A DNA stretch of 64,000 bases, taken from Nannocystales bacterium (lineage in GTDB: Bacteria > Myxococcota_A > Polyangia > Nannocystales > Nannocystaceae). The stretch covers positions 96,001 to 160,000 of the forward strand of contig JBOEGF010000008.1 in NCBI GenBank assembly GCA_050633305.1, written 5' to 3'. The notes under the pieces were generated by a model. That model worked only from the letters and a program-made list of their open reading frames with translations, searched no databases and was not told the origin of the DNA. The position numbers and the translations under genes were made by a program. Positions 48,101-56,927 of this stretch are shown here, piece after piece (the first letter of the stretch is position 1; each line of letters begins with the position of its first letter).

Positions 48101-50876
48101 GGTCGGCCTGCAACACATCGGCTCGGGTCCGGTTGTGTTTGCGGGGCTTGAAGTCCTTGAGGCGGGCCGAGATCTTCGTGAACAACGCCTTGCGGTCGTC
48201 GCCGACGTCGTGGACGAGCGCGACGGCATCGTCGACTCCAACCCCTGCGAGGCGTTGCTGCACGACATCGAGCGCTGCCCGTTTCTCCGCAACAACGGCG
48301 ACCCGCGCTCCACGACGAAGCGCATCGGCCACCATGTTGACGATGAGCTGGCTCTTCCCGGTCCCCGGCGGTCCATCCACCACAGTGACCAGGTTCTTGG
48401 CGCACGCTGACGCGACGGCGCGCTGACTGGGGTCCGAAGGCAGCACGGGCCACCCTGGAACATGCTCGGGGATCGCAGGAGACGCGTCGCTTCGCAGACC
48501 CGCGGGGAGGAGCCCAAACCCGGCCGAGAGCACCTCGGCGAGCGGACGCGCTCCCTCCTCCAGTTCGCGAAGGAGCGCGTCGTAGTCATGCAGGAGCTCC
48601 GAACTCGACTGCGGGAACAAGCCCAGCACCGCGCACTCTTCCACGATCAGCAGCGCGTCGTCTCCGTCCAGCACATCGTCGCGGTCACGGAACGCACCGA
48701 GTGTTGTCCCCTCCACGCCAATCGAGACCCCAACCGCGCGAAGGCGGTCGATCAGCGCGGGCACATCCCCGGCGAGACCGTCGAGCTCTCGGGCGAGGTC
48801 GTCGGGAAGCGCGAGTCCGGCCTTGTCGAATAAGAGCCGCAGCAACGCCCCGTTCGCGACGGCCTCCTGGTCTTCGCGCGGCTCCAGCGAGAAGCCACGA
48901 GCGCCCCGCCCATCGCGTTCGAGCCGCACGGGACGAAGCACCAACGGCCCGCGCACGCCGTACGACTCCCCGGGGTTCTCGGCGACCTCGACCCGACCGA
49001 GCAACACCGGGTAGCCGATGCACAGATCGTTGGCGCCCGTCTCCTCCCGAGCGTCGCGCGCCAGCCGGTCGAGTTGGCGGAGTTCGTCGGCACAAGCACC
49101 GGCCGCTTCCTGCCGCCCGGCGTCTTCGGGCGTCACCAAGACCGCGGTTTTCCCGGCCTGCACCAGCGCAAGCGCTCGTTCGGGGGTGCCCTTTCGAACG
49201 GCCTCCAAACGGAACAGGTCAAAGACCCGGCGGCTGCGTGTGACCGACCGCAGGCGCACCGACGGACTGCGACCGTCCCCGGAGATCAGCGTGTCGCGCA
49301 GGCGCGCCAACGCGGCCAGCAACGCTTGCCGGTCCGCGGGCAACGCGGGGTCTTCAGCCTCGACGGAAGCCACCCGAGTCCGGCTCCGGAGCGAGACCCG
49401 AGCATCCAGGGACACGGACGAGAGCGGCGGCACGACCTCGACCTCCCGTTGTTCCAAGAACCCCGCGACGCCCTGGAGCGCATGGTGGTCATCTTCTTCG
49501 GCCCCCATCAGCCGAAGCAACCGGCGCGGGGAGATCGCGGTTGACCCGGTCCGGTGCACGGCATCGGCCAACGCCCCCAGCGCGTCGCGAACCTCAGCCA
49601 TTCGCGCGGGGAGCGGGATGGAGGTCGGCAGCTCCTCCGCCGCATCGAGCTCAACCCCCTTGGCGGCCGCCACGGGACCGAGCCAAGTCCGAAATGCCTC
49701 GCCTGCTCCGAGCGCCTCTCCAAGCGCCAAGACCATTCGAAGCTCCCTGGGATCGACAACGTCATCCGCCCCGATGACATGCGAGACCAGCAAGAATAGG
49801 CGGCGTACCAGGTCCTCGCCGCCAGCCCGCACCAACCCGGCGGTCTCGTAGAACTGGGCATGGGCCGCCTCGGGCTCCAGCGATGCGGACCAGTCGGCCA
49901 CATGCGAGCCGAACGCATCCTCGAGTGCGGCCAGTTCCTCGTCCGAGACCTCCCCGTCCGCGCCCGCGACAAGGACGCCGCATGCCAATGCGCACTCGAA
50001 CACAAACGCGGGGAGCTCGGCTCGCTCGTCCTCGATGCGCAGCGACCCGCCCCCCGACACCGCGCTCAGCTTCGCGGAGATCTCAGCATCGATCTCTTCG
50101 AGTGGGCGACCTCCAGTGCCTCCGGTAGCGCTGTGGAACCGGTCACTCTGCGAGAAGTGCCACAGCGCCCAAACCCGCAGCGACGACGCGGGGACCTCGG
50201 TCTGCGTCCGCACATGCTCCTTGCACTGCTCGAGATACGCCCCGGTGTCGTCTCCGAGCGTCTCCCCGCGCAGTCCGGTGGCTGCGATCATCTCGAGCCG
50301 GAGCGCGGCGTGCAGGTCTTGGCACGCCAGCAAGCCAAACCGGTCTGCCGTGATCTCTCGGGCCAAGACCCCGCGCTGCGTGAGTGCGACCGTCTGCGGA
50401 TCGAGGAGCCCCCGCCGTCCCATCGTGACCGCGACGCACAGCGCATCACCGCCCGTGTCTTGGGGACCGTGGGCCAAACAGTGCCCAAGTTCGTGTCCGA
50501 ACAATGCCCTCGCCGCACCATCGTCGAGCAGCGCGAGAAGTCGTTCGGAGACCTCGAGCATCATCGGTTCGGCAACTCGATGCAACGCGAGGTTCTCGTG
50601 CGCATCAGCGCGGAGCAGCTCGTGCGAAGCGGCCAGCGCGAAGGTCTGCTTCACCTCTTCGATGCGTTGGTGCGCCGCAGGGGCCATCGAAAGAGGAATC
50701 CGTCGGCCTTCTGCGAGCAACCGTTGCCGGACGCGCTGCGGGTCCGAGGGCACAATCGCCCTGCGATGGGCTTCGTAATCCACGATCGTGGCCGCAAGAG
50801 CCTCGGCGATTTCCCGCTCGAGGCCGAAGCGGACACGATCTGCATCGAGGTCGACAAGGACCGCGCGAACGCTCAT
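45159..50876 (-). CDS. 1905-aa fusion: M48-like peptidase + TerB-like + DUF4011 + Upf1/DNA2-like SF1 helicase + Vsr/REase-like domain
   Basis: HELGH and 'EITADR'; 'ADGEVSDEE' and 'ADDVVDPRE'; 'EETGANDL...GPLVLRPVRL'; GPPGTGKS, DEASQ, GDEKQMPP, HYRC, QGDERD, RLNVAISRAK; C-terminal 'GTSDFRIPLAV...LRGWTVLHV'. Confidence 0.85.
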   Translation of the reverse strand: MSVRAVLVDLDADRVRFGLEREIAEALAATIVDYEAHRRAIVPSDPQRVRQRLLAEGRRIPLSMAPAAHQRIEEVKQTFALAASHELLRADAHENLALHRVAEPMMLEVSERLLALLDDGAARALFGHELGHCLAHGPQDTGGDALCVAVTMGRRGLLDPQTVALTQRGVLAREITADRFGLLACQDLHAALRLEMIAATGLRGETLGDDTGAYLEQCKEHVRTQTEVPASSLRVWALWHFSQSDRFHSATGGTGGRPLEEIDAEISAKLSAVSGGGSLRIEDERAELPAFVFECALACGVLVAGADGEVSDEELAALEDAFGSHVADWSASLEPEAAHAQFYETAGLVRAGGEDLVRRLFLLVSHVIGADDVVDPRELRMVLALGEALGAGEAFRTWLGPVAAAKGVELDAAEELPTSIPLPARMAEVRDALGALADAVHRTGSTAISPRRLLRLMGAEEDDHHALQGVAGFLEQREVEVVPPLSSVSLDARVSLRSRTRVASVEAEDPALPADRQALLAALARLRDTLISGDGRSPSVRLRSVTRSRRVFDLFRLEAVRKGTPERALALVQAGKTAVLVTPEDAGRQEAAGACADELRQLDRLARDAREETGANDLCIGYPVLLGRVEVAENPGESYGVRGPLVLRPVRLERDGRGARGFSLEPREDQEAVANGALLRLLFDKAGLALPDDLARELDGLAGDVPALIDRLRAVGVSIGVEGTTLGAFRDRDDVLDGDDALLIVEECAVLGLFPQSSSELLHDYDALLRELEEGARPLAEVLSAGFGLLPAGLRSDASPAIPEHVPGWPVLPSDPSQRAVASACAKNLVTVVDGPPGTGKSQLIVNMVADALRRGARVAVVAEKRAALDVVQQRLAGVGVDDAVALVHDVGDDRKALFTKISARLKDFKPRKHNRTRADVLQADHERARTTLETRRSTLAHVDPQVGLCVGELLALLAGGDPPMKAPSLVDLPREGLTRLLELVERLHPYGELWDPAGWWRCQGERSSLADLGDEDLAVLQRVTADSVARAETSRPLREQHPVPVATLHMAADGIAAVRTLLELAEQAEALVCAVWSGASLDVEAVTSAWSAESTALATHGTPLALPTDAFTRNVAVLRSFAGRLVRFFSPLWWRTRGEVRDALPKVWPERAADGFSANFLGELQQRIDAATAWEALRDAFEGLGRPELTPKDAAAAQTSVETLRASAEAVTVVRIHAEALGVLGLAPPSNAAQLAALRIMLEHREAQRRADDEVRAALAPAVARFAFLGSLELDALPTFATRLRADGHRLREADGWLAQTDIVHADARVWLDALRTSSPDEDARAWREGLSRAWGDAHLRRLEAFLPALGDLGSPAQGQRAEEAIGKLATLESDIADLEVQGINATLDQADLLSIPDAEYRARRTPEQKVKESLLKETSKSRSLMPLRQLVRDFADDGILDVLPCWLVSPETMTVLFPRAPLFDLVIFDEASQCTVESGLPVFLRAKQVVVAGDEKQMPPTSYFKASSSSTEDDDLTEAQAQTRDMFAAESLLSLTRNRCPHAGLKWHYRCREEELIAFSNHAMYEGDLLTIPSTSGPHGESALRWLPVEGGAYDSGVNHVEASRVVELLAELLGRPKPPSVGVVTFNLKQRAAILDQIESRLDDDDTFAGLWQTASTHEELDERPFVKNLESVQGDERDVIVFSLGHAPVHRKRRGGEGELYVPARFGPLGQRGGERRLNVAISRAKAECYVVSSFDPALLRVGNSMHTGPRLFKGYLDYAHALSKRRFEVAERILDGVRGTPRAAAEALAVGSKLDGHLPLASQVMLALESTGLRCALHMGTSDFRIPLAVGKSGEEAYTLAVMTDEGAVGASAFEQFVHRPAVLRLRGWTVLHVDAATWASRRSDVLESICTTLGVPVPG

Positions 50877-50891
50877 CGAGCGCAGCGTACG

Positions 50892-51686
50892 TCACAGCGG
50901 GCCGCGCATGTGCACGAACCGAAATGGGACCCGCGCCCCTGCCTCGACCAGTCGCTGCGTGAAAGCGTCGACGTCTTCACTCACGACGCCCATCTCGGGT
51001 CCCGTCGCGTGCGCCCGCAGGGCGTGCAGCAGCGCGGTCGCGACCTCGACCGACTCCGCTCGGAACGGGAACGATCCCTGCCGCGCCAGGTCAAAGGTCG
51101 CGACGCCGCAGGGCATTGACCCGTCGACGAGGACCGCACGAACGAGCCCTGTGGGGCGGGACCGCACCGAGGCAAGCTGCCCCATCGGAAGCTCGAAGCG
51201 TTCCTCGAGCAGCGCGATCTGTTCCGGGTCCGGGTCGATGACCCCCGGGGTCCCCGACGCCGCGGGCAGCGAGTCGACAAGCGCCGGAGGAAACCGCAGC
51301 GAAGTACACGGGTGGTGAACCTCCAACCCCATAGATGCATAAAGCCCGAGCGCCGCAGTGTTGTCGTCCCGCACGTTGAGACGCCAGCTCGAGCAACCGG
51401 CACCCCGCATCTGCGACACGACACGATGCACCAAAGATCGCCCGGCACCGGTCCGCCGCGCCTGCGGGTCGACGACGAGATGCCGAATGTATCCGTCGTC
51501 TCCGAAGACCTGGGCGAAGCAGTACCCAACCGGCTGCCCTTGGGACTCGGCGATGGTGCTCAGCGGCGCAAGTTCGTCTCGCCATCGCTCCGGGGAGGGG
51601 GTCGGGTCCCCCGACTCCAACATGGGAAACCACCGCTCGAAACACGGGTAGTCGGAAGGCCGCCCGGGGCGCAGATGAATCCCCAT
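50892..51686 (-). CDS. GNAT family N-acetyltransferase with second C-terminal domain
   Basis: 'YIRHLVVDPQARRTGAGRSL', 'LNVRDDNTAALGLYASMG'; ATG at 51686. Confidence 0.85.
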   Translation of the reverse strand: MGIHLRPGRPSDYPCFERWFPMLESGDPTPSPERWRDELAPLSTIAESQGQPVGYCFAQVFGDDGYIRHLVVDPQARRTGAGRSLVHRVVSQMRGAGCSSWRLNVRDDNTAALGLYASMGLEVHHPCTSLRFPPALVDSLPAASGTPGVIDPDPEQIALLEERFELPMGQLASVRSRPTGLVRAVLVDGSMPCGVATFDLARQGSFPFRAESVEVATALLHALRAHATGPEMGVVSEDVDAFTQRLVEAGARVPFRFVHMRGPL

Positions 51687-51764
51687 CGTTCGAGGATACG
51701 CCTCTACGGCGGAGTCCTCGACCCCGGCCACATGGCCCGGGCCCCGGGCTGGTAGAGTCCGTGT

Positions 51765-54338
51765 GTGCCCAGACCGAATCGAGGAGGTCCGGCGAGCACC
51801 GAGCACACGCTCACCGACGCCGGACTGCGGCGGCGGGTCACGCTCCAAGCCGGCGACCGCGTCGGCCGATACCGAATCCTGCACACGCTTGGTTCGGGAG
51901 GCATGGGCACCGTCTACGCGGCGACCGACCCCGACCTCGACCGAACCATCGCGATCAAGGTCTTGCATGACCGTCCGGGTCGGAAGGTACGAGCGCAAGC
52001 CCTGCTTCACGAGGCCCAGGCGATGGCTCAGTTCTCCCACCCCAACGTGGTGACGGTCCACGATGTGGGCACCCATGAGGGACGGGTCTTCGTCGCGATG
52101 GACTGGGTCCGTGGACCTACCCTGAGGTCTTGGATGAAGGGCCGACCTTGGGACGCAGTGTTGCGGGCATTTTTGCAAGCTGGCCGAGGACTGGCCGCCG
52201 TCCACGCCGCCGGACTGGTCCACCGTGATTTCAAACCCGCGAACGTCATGCTGCACCCCGGCGGGCGCGTCGTCGTGATGGACTTTGGACTCGCGCGACC
52301 CAGCGATGACAGCAGCGGGCAAGCCGAGTGTTCCCCAATCCGGAGCGCTCACAACACGTACGACGACGACGTCAGCCGTGCTGGATCGGTGCAAGGCACC
52401 CCCGCGTACATGGCTCCCGAGCAGCACCTCGCGTTCGACGTTGACGCCCGTGCCGACCAGTTCAGCTACTGCGTCTCTGTCTTCGAGGGTCTGTTCGGCA
52501 AGAGGCCCTTCCGTGCCCGGACCGTCACCGAGTTGGTCATGCGGATCTCCGCAGGCGAGTTTGCCGATGTTCCGCGCAACGGCGTGCCACCGCGCATCCG
52601 CCGAACGCTGACCCGAGGCCTGGCCGAGCTTCCCAAGGACCGCTGGCCCAACATGGAGCGTCTGCTCGACCGCCTACAGCCCGCGGCGCGTGGCACCTGG
52701 ATGATCTGGGGCGCAGGGGCGGCCGCGTTGTCGACCGTCGCTTTTGCCGCCATTCCCCCGGCCGATCCGTGCGAGACCCGCTCAGACGCCGTTCGTGAGC
52801 TGTGGTCCAAGCAGCGCCGCAACACGCTCCTGACCGCCTTGCGCTCCTCACCCAAGCCGTTTGCCGACGAGACCGCGCAGCGAGTGGACACCACCATCGC
52901 GGCCTACGTGGATAGGCTCGCTGATGCACACGACGAGGCATGCCAGGTGAGCATCGACCCGACGTTGCTCGACCGACGGACTGCGTGTCTGAGTCAGCGC
53001 GCAGGGGCGGTCCGCGCCACGACCGATGCGCTCACCGCCTCGGCGGAAGATGGACTGCAGAAGGCCGTACAGGTGCTCGGACACCTGCCCGACGTCGAAG
53101 CCTGTCTCGACCCCGAGGCGCTCGCCCGGACCCACGAACTGCCCGCAGACGAGGCAAGGCGGGACGAGATCGGGCACGCCCGAGACGCGATCAGCGAGGC
53201 TCTCGCAATGAAGGAGGCGGGGGATCTCGAAGGTGCATACGCCCGCGCCAAGGCGGCGTTGGTTCTGGCCCGAGACGCTGGCTTCTCCCCGGTCGAGGCA
53301 GAAGCCCTCAACGCCTGGAGTGCAGCGCAGGAAGGCCGAGGAGACTATGCCGAAGCCGCCGCAACCTCCGAAGCTGCGTTCCACGTCGCACACTCGTCCC
53401 ACCACGACGTCGAAGCCCTCCGAGCGACGGTGCAGCTGGTCTACGTCGTCGGGTACCGACTCCAGCAACCGGACACGGCAGACGAGTGGTTGCGACACGC
53501 CGCCGCGTTGCTCTCCCGGATCGAACACCGCGGACTGGAGGCTCGGCTGATCAACAACGAGGCCACCCTGGCCTACAGCGCGGGTGACTATGACGGCGCC
53601 GTGCGAGGGTTCGAGCGGACCGCCGAGCTTCGCGAGTCCCTGCAAGGGCCCGAGCACCCCGACGTCGCCGCCGCGCACAGCAACATGGGGCTGGCTCTCA
53701 CCCGGCTCGGTCGTCTCGAAGACGCTCTGCAACACCACGCCCGTGCCCGCTCGTCGTGGGAAGCCTCGCTGGGGCCCTCGCATCCCATGGTCGCGATCTC
53801 TGTCCACAACCGAGCCCTCGTGTTCGAACAGATGAAGCATCTCGACGAGGCCGCGGCCGAGTACGAGCGGGCTATCGAGCTCCGGATTCGCAGCCAGGGC
53901 GCGGAGCACCCCTCCGTGGCCTTGTCTCTGAACAACCTTGGCCACGTGCGCAAGGACCAAGGACGCCCGCTGGACGCACTGGAGCTACACCAACGAGCGC
54001 TCGCGCTGTGGCACGAGGCGTACGGCCCCGAACACCGCAGGGTCGCCGAGGCGTTGGGCGGGATCGCCGAGGCCCTGAGCAAGCAATCGCGGTTCGAAGA
54101 AGCCTACCGGTTCGCGGACCGAAGCCTGTCGACGATGGCCGCGGTGGTGGGGACCCACCACCCAGACTTCGCCCACACCCTGATGACGCAGGCCGAGATC
54201 CTGGTCGCCCAGGGCGACGTCGGCGGTGCCATCGCGCGCTACCAGCAGGCTCGTTCGATTTTCGTGAATGCGCAGGGAACCGACTCGGCGATGGTGAAGC
54301 ACATCGACGCGGGCCTGAAGCAGCTCGCCACGCCATGA
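51765..54338 (+). CDS. Membrane-anchored Ser/Thr protein kinase with C-terminal TPR repeats
   Basis: 'LGSGGMGTVY', 'AIKVL', 'HRDFKPAN', 'DFGLAR', 'GTPAYMAPE', TM, TPRs 'HPDVAAAHSNMG', 'HPSVALSLNNLG'. Confidence 0.93.
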   Translation: MPRPNRGGPASTEHTLTDAGLRRRVTLQAGDRVGRYRILHTLGSGGMGTVYAATDPDLDRTIAIKVLHDRPGRKVRAQALLHEAQAMAQFSHPNVVTVHDVGTHEGRVFVAMDWVRGPTLRSWMKGRPWDAVLRAFLQAGRGLAAVHAAGLVHRDFKPANVMLHPGGRVVVMDFGLARPSDDSSGQAECSPIRSAHNTYDDDVSRAGSVQGTPAYMAPEQHLAFDVDARADQFSYCVSVFEGLFGKRPFRARTVTELVMRISAGEFADVPRNGVPPRIRRTLTRGLAELPKDRWPNMERLLDRLQPAARGTWMIWGAGAAALSTVAFAAIPPADPCETRSDAVRELWSKQRRNTLLTALRSSPKPFADETAQRVDTTIAAYVDRLADAHDEACQVSIDPTLLDRRTACLSQRAGAVRATTDALTASAEDGLQKAVQVLGHLPDVEACLDPEALARTHELPADEARRDEIGHARDAISEALAMKEAGDLEGAYARAKAALVLARDAGFSPVEAEALNAWSAAQEGRGDYAEAAATSEAAFHVAHSSHHDVEALRATVQLVYVVGYRLQQPDTADEWLRHAAALLSRIEHRGLEARLINNEATLAYSAGDYDGAVRGFERTAELRESLQGPEHPDVAAAHSNMGLALTRLGRLEDALQHHARARSSWEASLGPSHPMVAISVHNRALVFEQMKHLDEAAAEYERAIELRIRSQGAEHPSVALSLNNLGHVRKDQGRPLDALELHQRALALWHEAYGPEHRRVAEALGGIAEALSKQSRFEEAYRFADRSLSTMAAVVGTHHPDFAHTLMTQAEILVAQGDVGGAIARYQQARSIFVNAQGTDSAMVKHIDAGLKQLATP

Positions 54339-54366
54339 TCGCCCACGAAGGGGACGGGTCCATCCA

Positions 54367-55182
54367 CTAAAGGGACGCGTCCAGTCCCTCGAGATCGTCC
54401 CACCAACCGTCCGGCACGACAAACGCACGCTCCACCTCCGTGTCGACGCGCGCGACGAGTGCGGGTCGACGGAGGCCCCTCACCAGGTCTCGCGCTGCCT
54501 TCGAGGGCTCGCCACGCGCGTGCTCGGGGCTGAGCCACCACGGCTTCTCGAGGTCGCACCAAGGCGCATCGCCAAACGTCTCGGCGAACTCGGACGCAAA
54601 GTACCAGTGCCCGTGGTCCGCCTCCTCGTGCGCGCCCTCAGGCAGCCTCTTCTCCCCCCGCGGAGAGAAGAGCGCTCCCAGCATCAGAACCTCCGTCTCG
54701 TCCGGAAACGGAAGGTTCTCGGGCCACGCCTCCGCGTCGCGAGCCTGCCGGGCAACCGTGATTTGATGCGTCGCCAGCCGGTCGAGTTTGAGGTCGAGAC
54801 GGTCCCGCTTCCCGGGCCCAAGCCAGGCCGAGCAATGCGTGCCCGGTTTCGCGGCGAGGTAGTATTTCACCGCAACCTCGCGGTGCACGATGCGAGCGTC
54901 CCGGCGGAACAGGACGTCGAGTTCCCCGATCGTCCGGTTGCCGTCACGCAGCGGCTCGTTGGCGGCCAGAACCTCGACCCCCGGCATGCCGCGCAGCGCC
55001 GTGAGATGCACGCGCTCGAACCAGCGCCCGACCTGGCGAATCGGTGCCGGGCTCTGTCCTCCGCTGCGGCCCAGGCCGACGACAGACGCGACCGCCGTCC
55101 CGCGCTGCGTCCAGTAGGTGTCACGCATCAGTGGCGTTGCGGCCGCCAACCACGTCAGATCGAGGTCCAGTCGCGACAACAC
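54367..55182 (-). CDS. DUF1853-like protein (PD-(D/E)xK nuclease-like)
   Basis: 'VGRWFE', 'TIGELDVLF', 'HREVAVKYYL', 'WLGPGKRDRLDLKL', 'RAFVVPDGW'; start uncertain. Confidence 0.75.
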   Translation of the reverse strand: MLSRLDLDLTWLAAATPLMRDTYWTQRGTAVASVVGLGRSGGQSPAPIRQVGRWFERVHLTALRGMPGVEVLAANEPLRDGNRTIGELDVLFRRDARIVHREVAVKYYLAAKPGTHCSAWLGPGKRDRLDLKLDRLATHQITVARQARDAEAWPENLPFPDETEVLMLGALFSPRGEKRLPEGAHEEADHGHWYFASEFAETFGDAPWCDLEKPWWLSPEHARGEPSKAARDLVRGLRRPALVARVDTEVERAFVVPDGWWDDLEGLDASL

Positions 55183-55236
55183 ACAACAGCGTAGCAGGAC
55201 CCACCGTCGGCACCCTTGCGACCATCGCCATCGGTT

Positions 55237-55265
55237 TGTCGGGTTGGCGTGGCCTGGTTCGTCTA
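55237..55265 (+). promoter_or_regulatory. ECF42-type sigma promoter upstream of YCII gene
   Basis: TGTCGG-N17-CGTCTA; same boxes and spacing at 56893. Confidence 0.7.
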
Positions 55266-55297
55266 CGCTATGAGCCCCACCTTCGGGCCCGACTTCC

Positions 55298-55666
55298 ATG
55301 CTCTACGCAATGCTCATCTATCACGCCGAGGGCGCGTTCGACCACGACGGGGCCGACGATCGCGAGGCCATGTTGCTCCAGCACCGAACGCTGCAAAACG
55401 ACAGCAAGGCCGCCGACGCGTTCGTCGTCGCCACACAGCTCATGGATCCCCATACATCGACGGTCGTACGACGCAACGGGGATGCCATCTCGGTCCAAGA
55501 AGGCCCGTTTGCCGAGACCAACGAGGTGTTCGTCGGCTTCTACTTGCTGGAGTGCGAATCGCTGGAAGCCGCTGCGCGCTGGGCAGAACGCATCCCCCGA
55601 GCGACGGTGGAGATTCGCCCGGTCGCCTATTTCGAGGACCACAGCGGAAAAACCGTCGGTGAGTAG
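55298..55666 (+). CDS. YCII-related (DGPF-type) protein
   Basis: 'YAMLIY', 'EGPFAETNEVFVGFYLLEC', 'VEIRPV'. Confidence 0.9.
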   Translation: MLYAMLIYHAEGAFDHDGADDREAMLLQHRTLQNDSKAADAFVVATQLMDPHTSTVVRRNGDAISVQEGPFAETNEVFVGFYLLECESLEAAARWAERIPRATVEIRPVAYFEDHSGKTVGE

Positions 55667-56888
55667 CGCGGTCCATCGCGCGCTCCGCAGCGCCTATCCC
55701 CAGGCTCTGGCGACCCTCAACCGCATCGCGGGGGACTTGGAGATGGCGCAGGACGGCCTCCACGTCGCGGTGGAACGCGCACTCCTCCGCTGGGCCGATG
55801 AGTTGCCCGCCGAGCCCGTCGCCTGGCTCGTTCGCGCCGGACGCAACACGATCATCGATCAGCTCCGTCACCGGGCGATGAAGGAGCGCAAGGACGACGC
55901 GTTGCGGCAAGCGCTGGACGCGGACCGAGTCGACGACGACCAGCTTCGCTCCGCGTTTCGTGATGACATGGCGCGACTCGTGTTCACGTGCTGCGATCCC
56001 CGACTCAAACCGGACACGGCCGTGATGTTGACGTTGCACACGGTGGCGGGGCTCTCGGTCGACGAGATCGCCCGCGCCTACCTCATGAAGAACACGGCGA
56101 TCGAGCGGCGGATCAGTCGGGCTCGTCGCGCAGTCCGCGAGCTTGAAGGTGGTTACCAGCCGCCGACAGAATCCGAGCTGCCGGCCCGTCTGGACGCTGT
56201 ACTCGCGGTGCTGATGGTGCTGTTCACCGAAGGCTACAGCGCCCGGGAGACCGCGCCATTCCTGCGCCCCCAGCTCTGCGAACTCGCCATCCGCTCCACA
56301 CGGATGCTCGCGCGCTTGTTTCGCGAAGAGGCCGAAGTCCAGGGACTTCTGGCCCTGATGCTGCTTCAGCATGCTCGTGCAGAGGCACGTCTCCTCCCAC
56401 CGGACCGTCTCGTCTCCCTCGAGGACCAGGACCGCACGTTGTGGGACCAGGGGATCTGCAACGAAGGGCTGGCACTGGTCCAGAAGGCGTTGCTTCGCAA
56501 GCGGCTGGGCCCTTATCAGATCCAGGCCGCGATCGCTGCGGTCCATGCGAGTGCCGCGGACTATCAATCCACCAACTGGCAGGAACTCGTCCTCTTGTAC
56601 GACGCCCTGCTCCGGCACCGACCCAATTCCGTGGTTCGGCTCAATCGCGCCGTGGCGGTGTCCCGTGCTCGGGGGCCCAAAGTTGGGCTGGCCCTGCTCC
56701 GCGAACTCGCACCCGAGCCGGGCATGAGCACGTACTCCCCATACTTCGTGGTCCAAGGACACCTGCTTGCGGAATCAGGGAAGGGCTCACAGGCGGTCAC
56801 GGCGTTTGAGCGGGCCCTCACGCTGTGCACCAGCCCGCTGCAACGTCGACACCTCGAACGCCTCCTCGAGGACCTGCAAACGAACTAG
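55659..56888 (+). CDS. ECF RNA polymerase sigma factor with C-terminal TPR extension (ECF42-like)
   Basis: 'AWLVRAGRNTIIDQLR', 'DDMARLVFTCCDP', 'GLSVDEIARAYL', 'LFTEGY', 'LEDQDRTLWD', 'GPYQIQAAIAAVH', 'VRLNRAVA'; overlaps YCII gene. Confidence 0.9.
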   Translation: MSSAVHRALRSAYPQALATLNRIAGDLEMAQDGLHVAVERALLRWADELPAEPVAWLVRAGRNTIIDQLRHRAMKERKDDALRQALDADRVDDDQLRSAFRDDMARLVFTCCDPRLKPDTAVMLTLHTVAGLSVDEIARAYLMKNTAIERRISRARRAVRELEGGYQPPTESELPARLDAVLAVLMVLFTEGYSARETAPFLRPQLCELAIRSTRMLARLFREEAEVQGLLALMLLQHARAEARLLPPDRLVSLEDQDRTLWDQGICNEGLALVQKALLRKRLGPYQIQAAIAAVHASAADYQSTNWQELVLLYDALLRHRPNSVVRLNRAVAVSRARGPKVGLALLRELAPEPGMSTYSPYFVVQGHLLAESGKGSQAVTAFERALTLCTSPLQRRHLERLLEDLQTN

Positions 56889-56892
56889 ACGA

Positions 56893-56921
56893 TGTCGGGT
56901 TTGACCACGCCCCCTCGTCTA
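56893..56921 (+). promoter_or_regulatory. ECF42-type sigma promoter upstream of SnoaL-like gene
   Basis: TGTCGG-N17-CGTCTA, ending 6 nt before ATG 56928. Confidence 0.7.
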
Positions 56922-56927
56922 GGGGGC

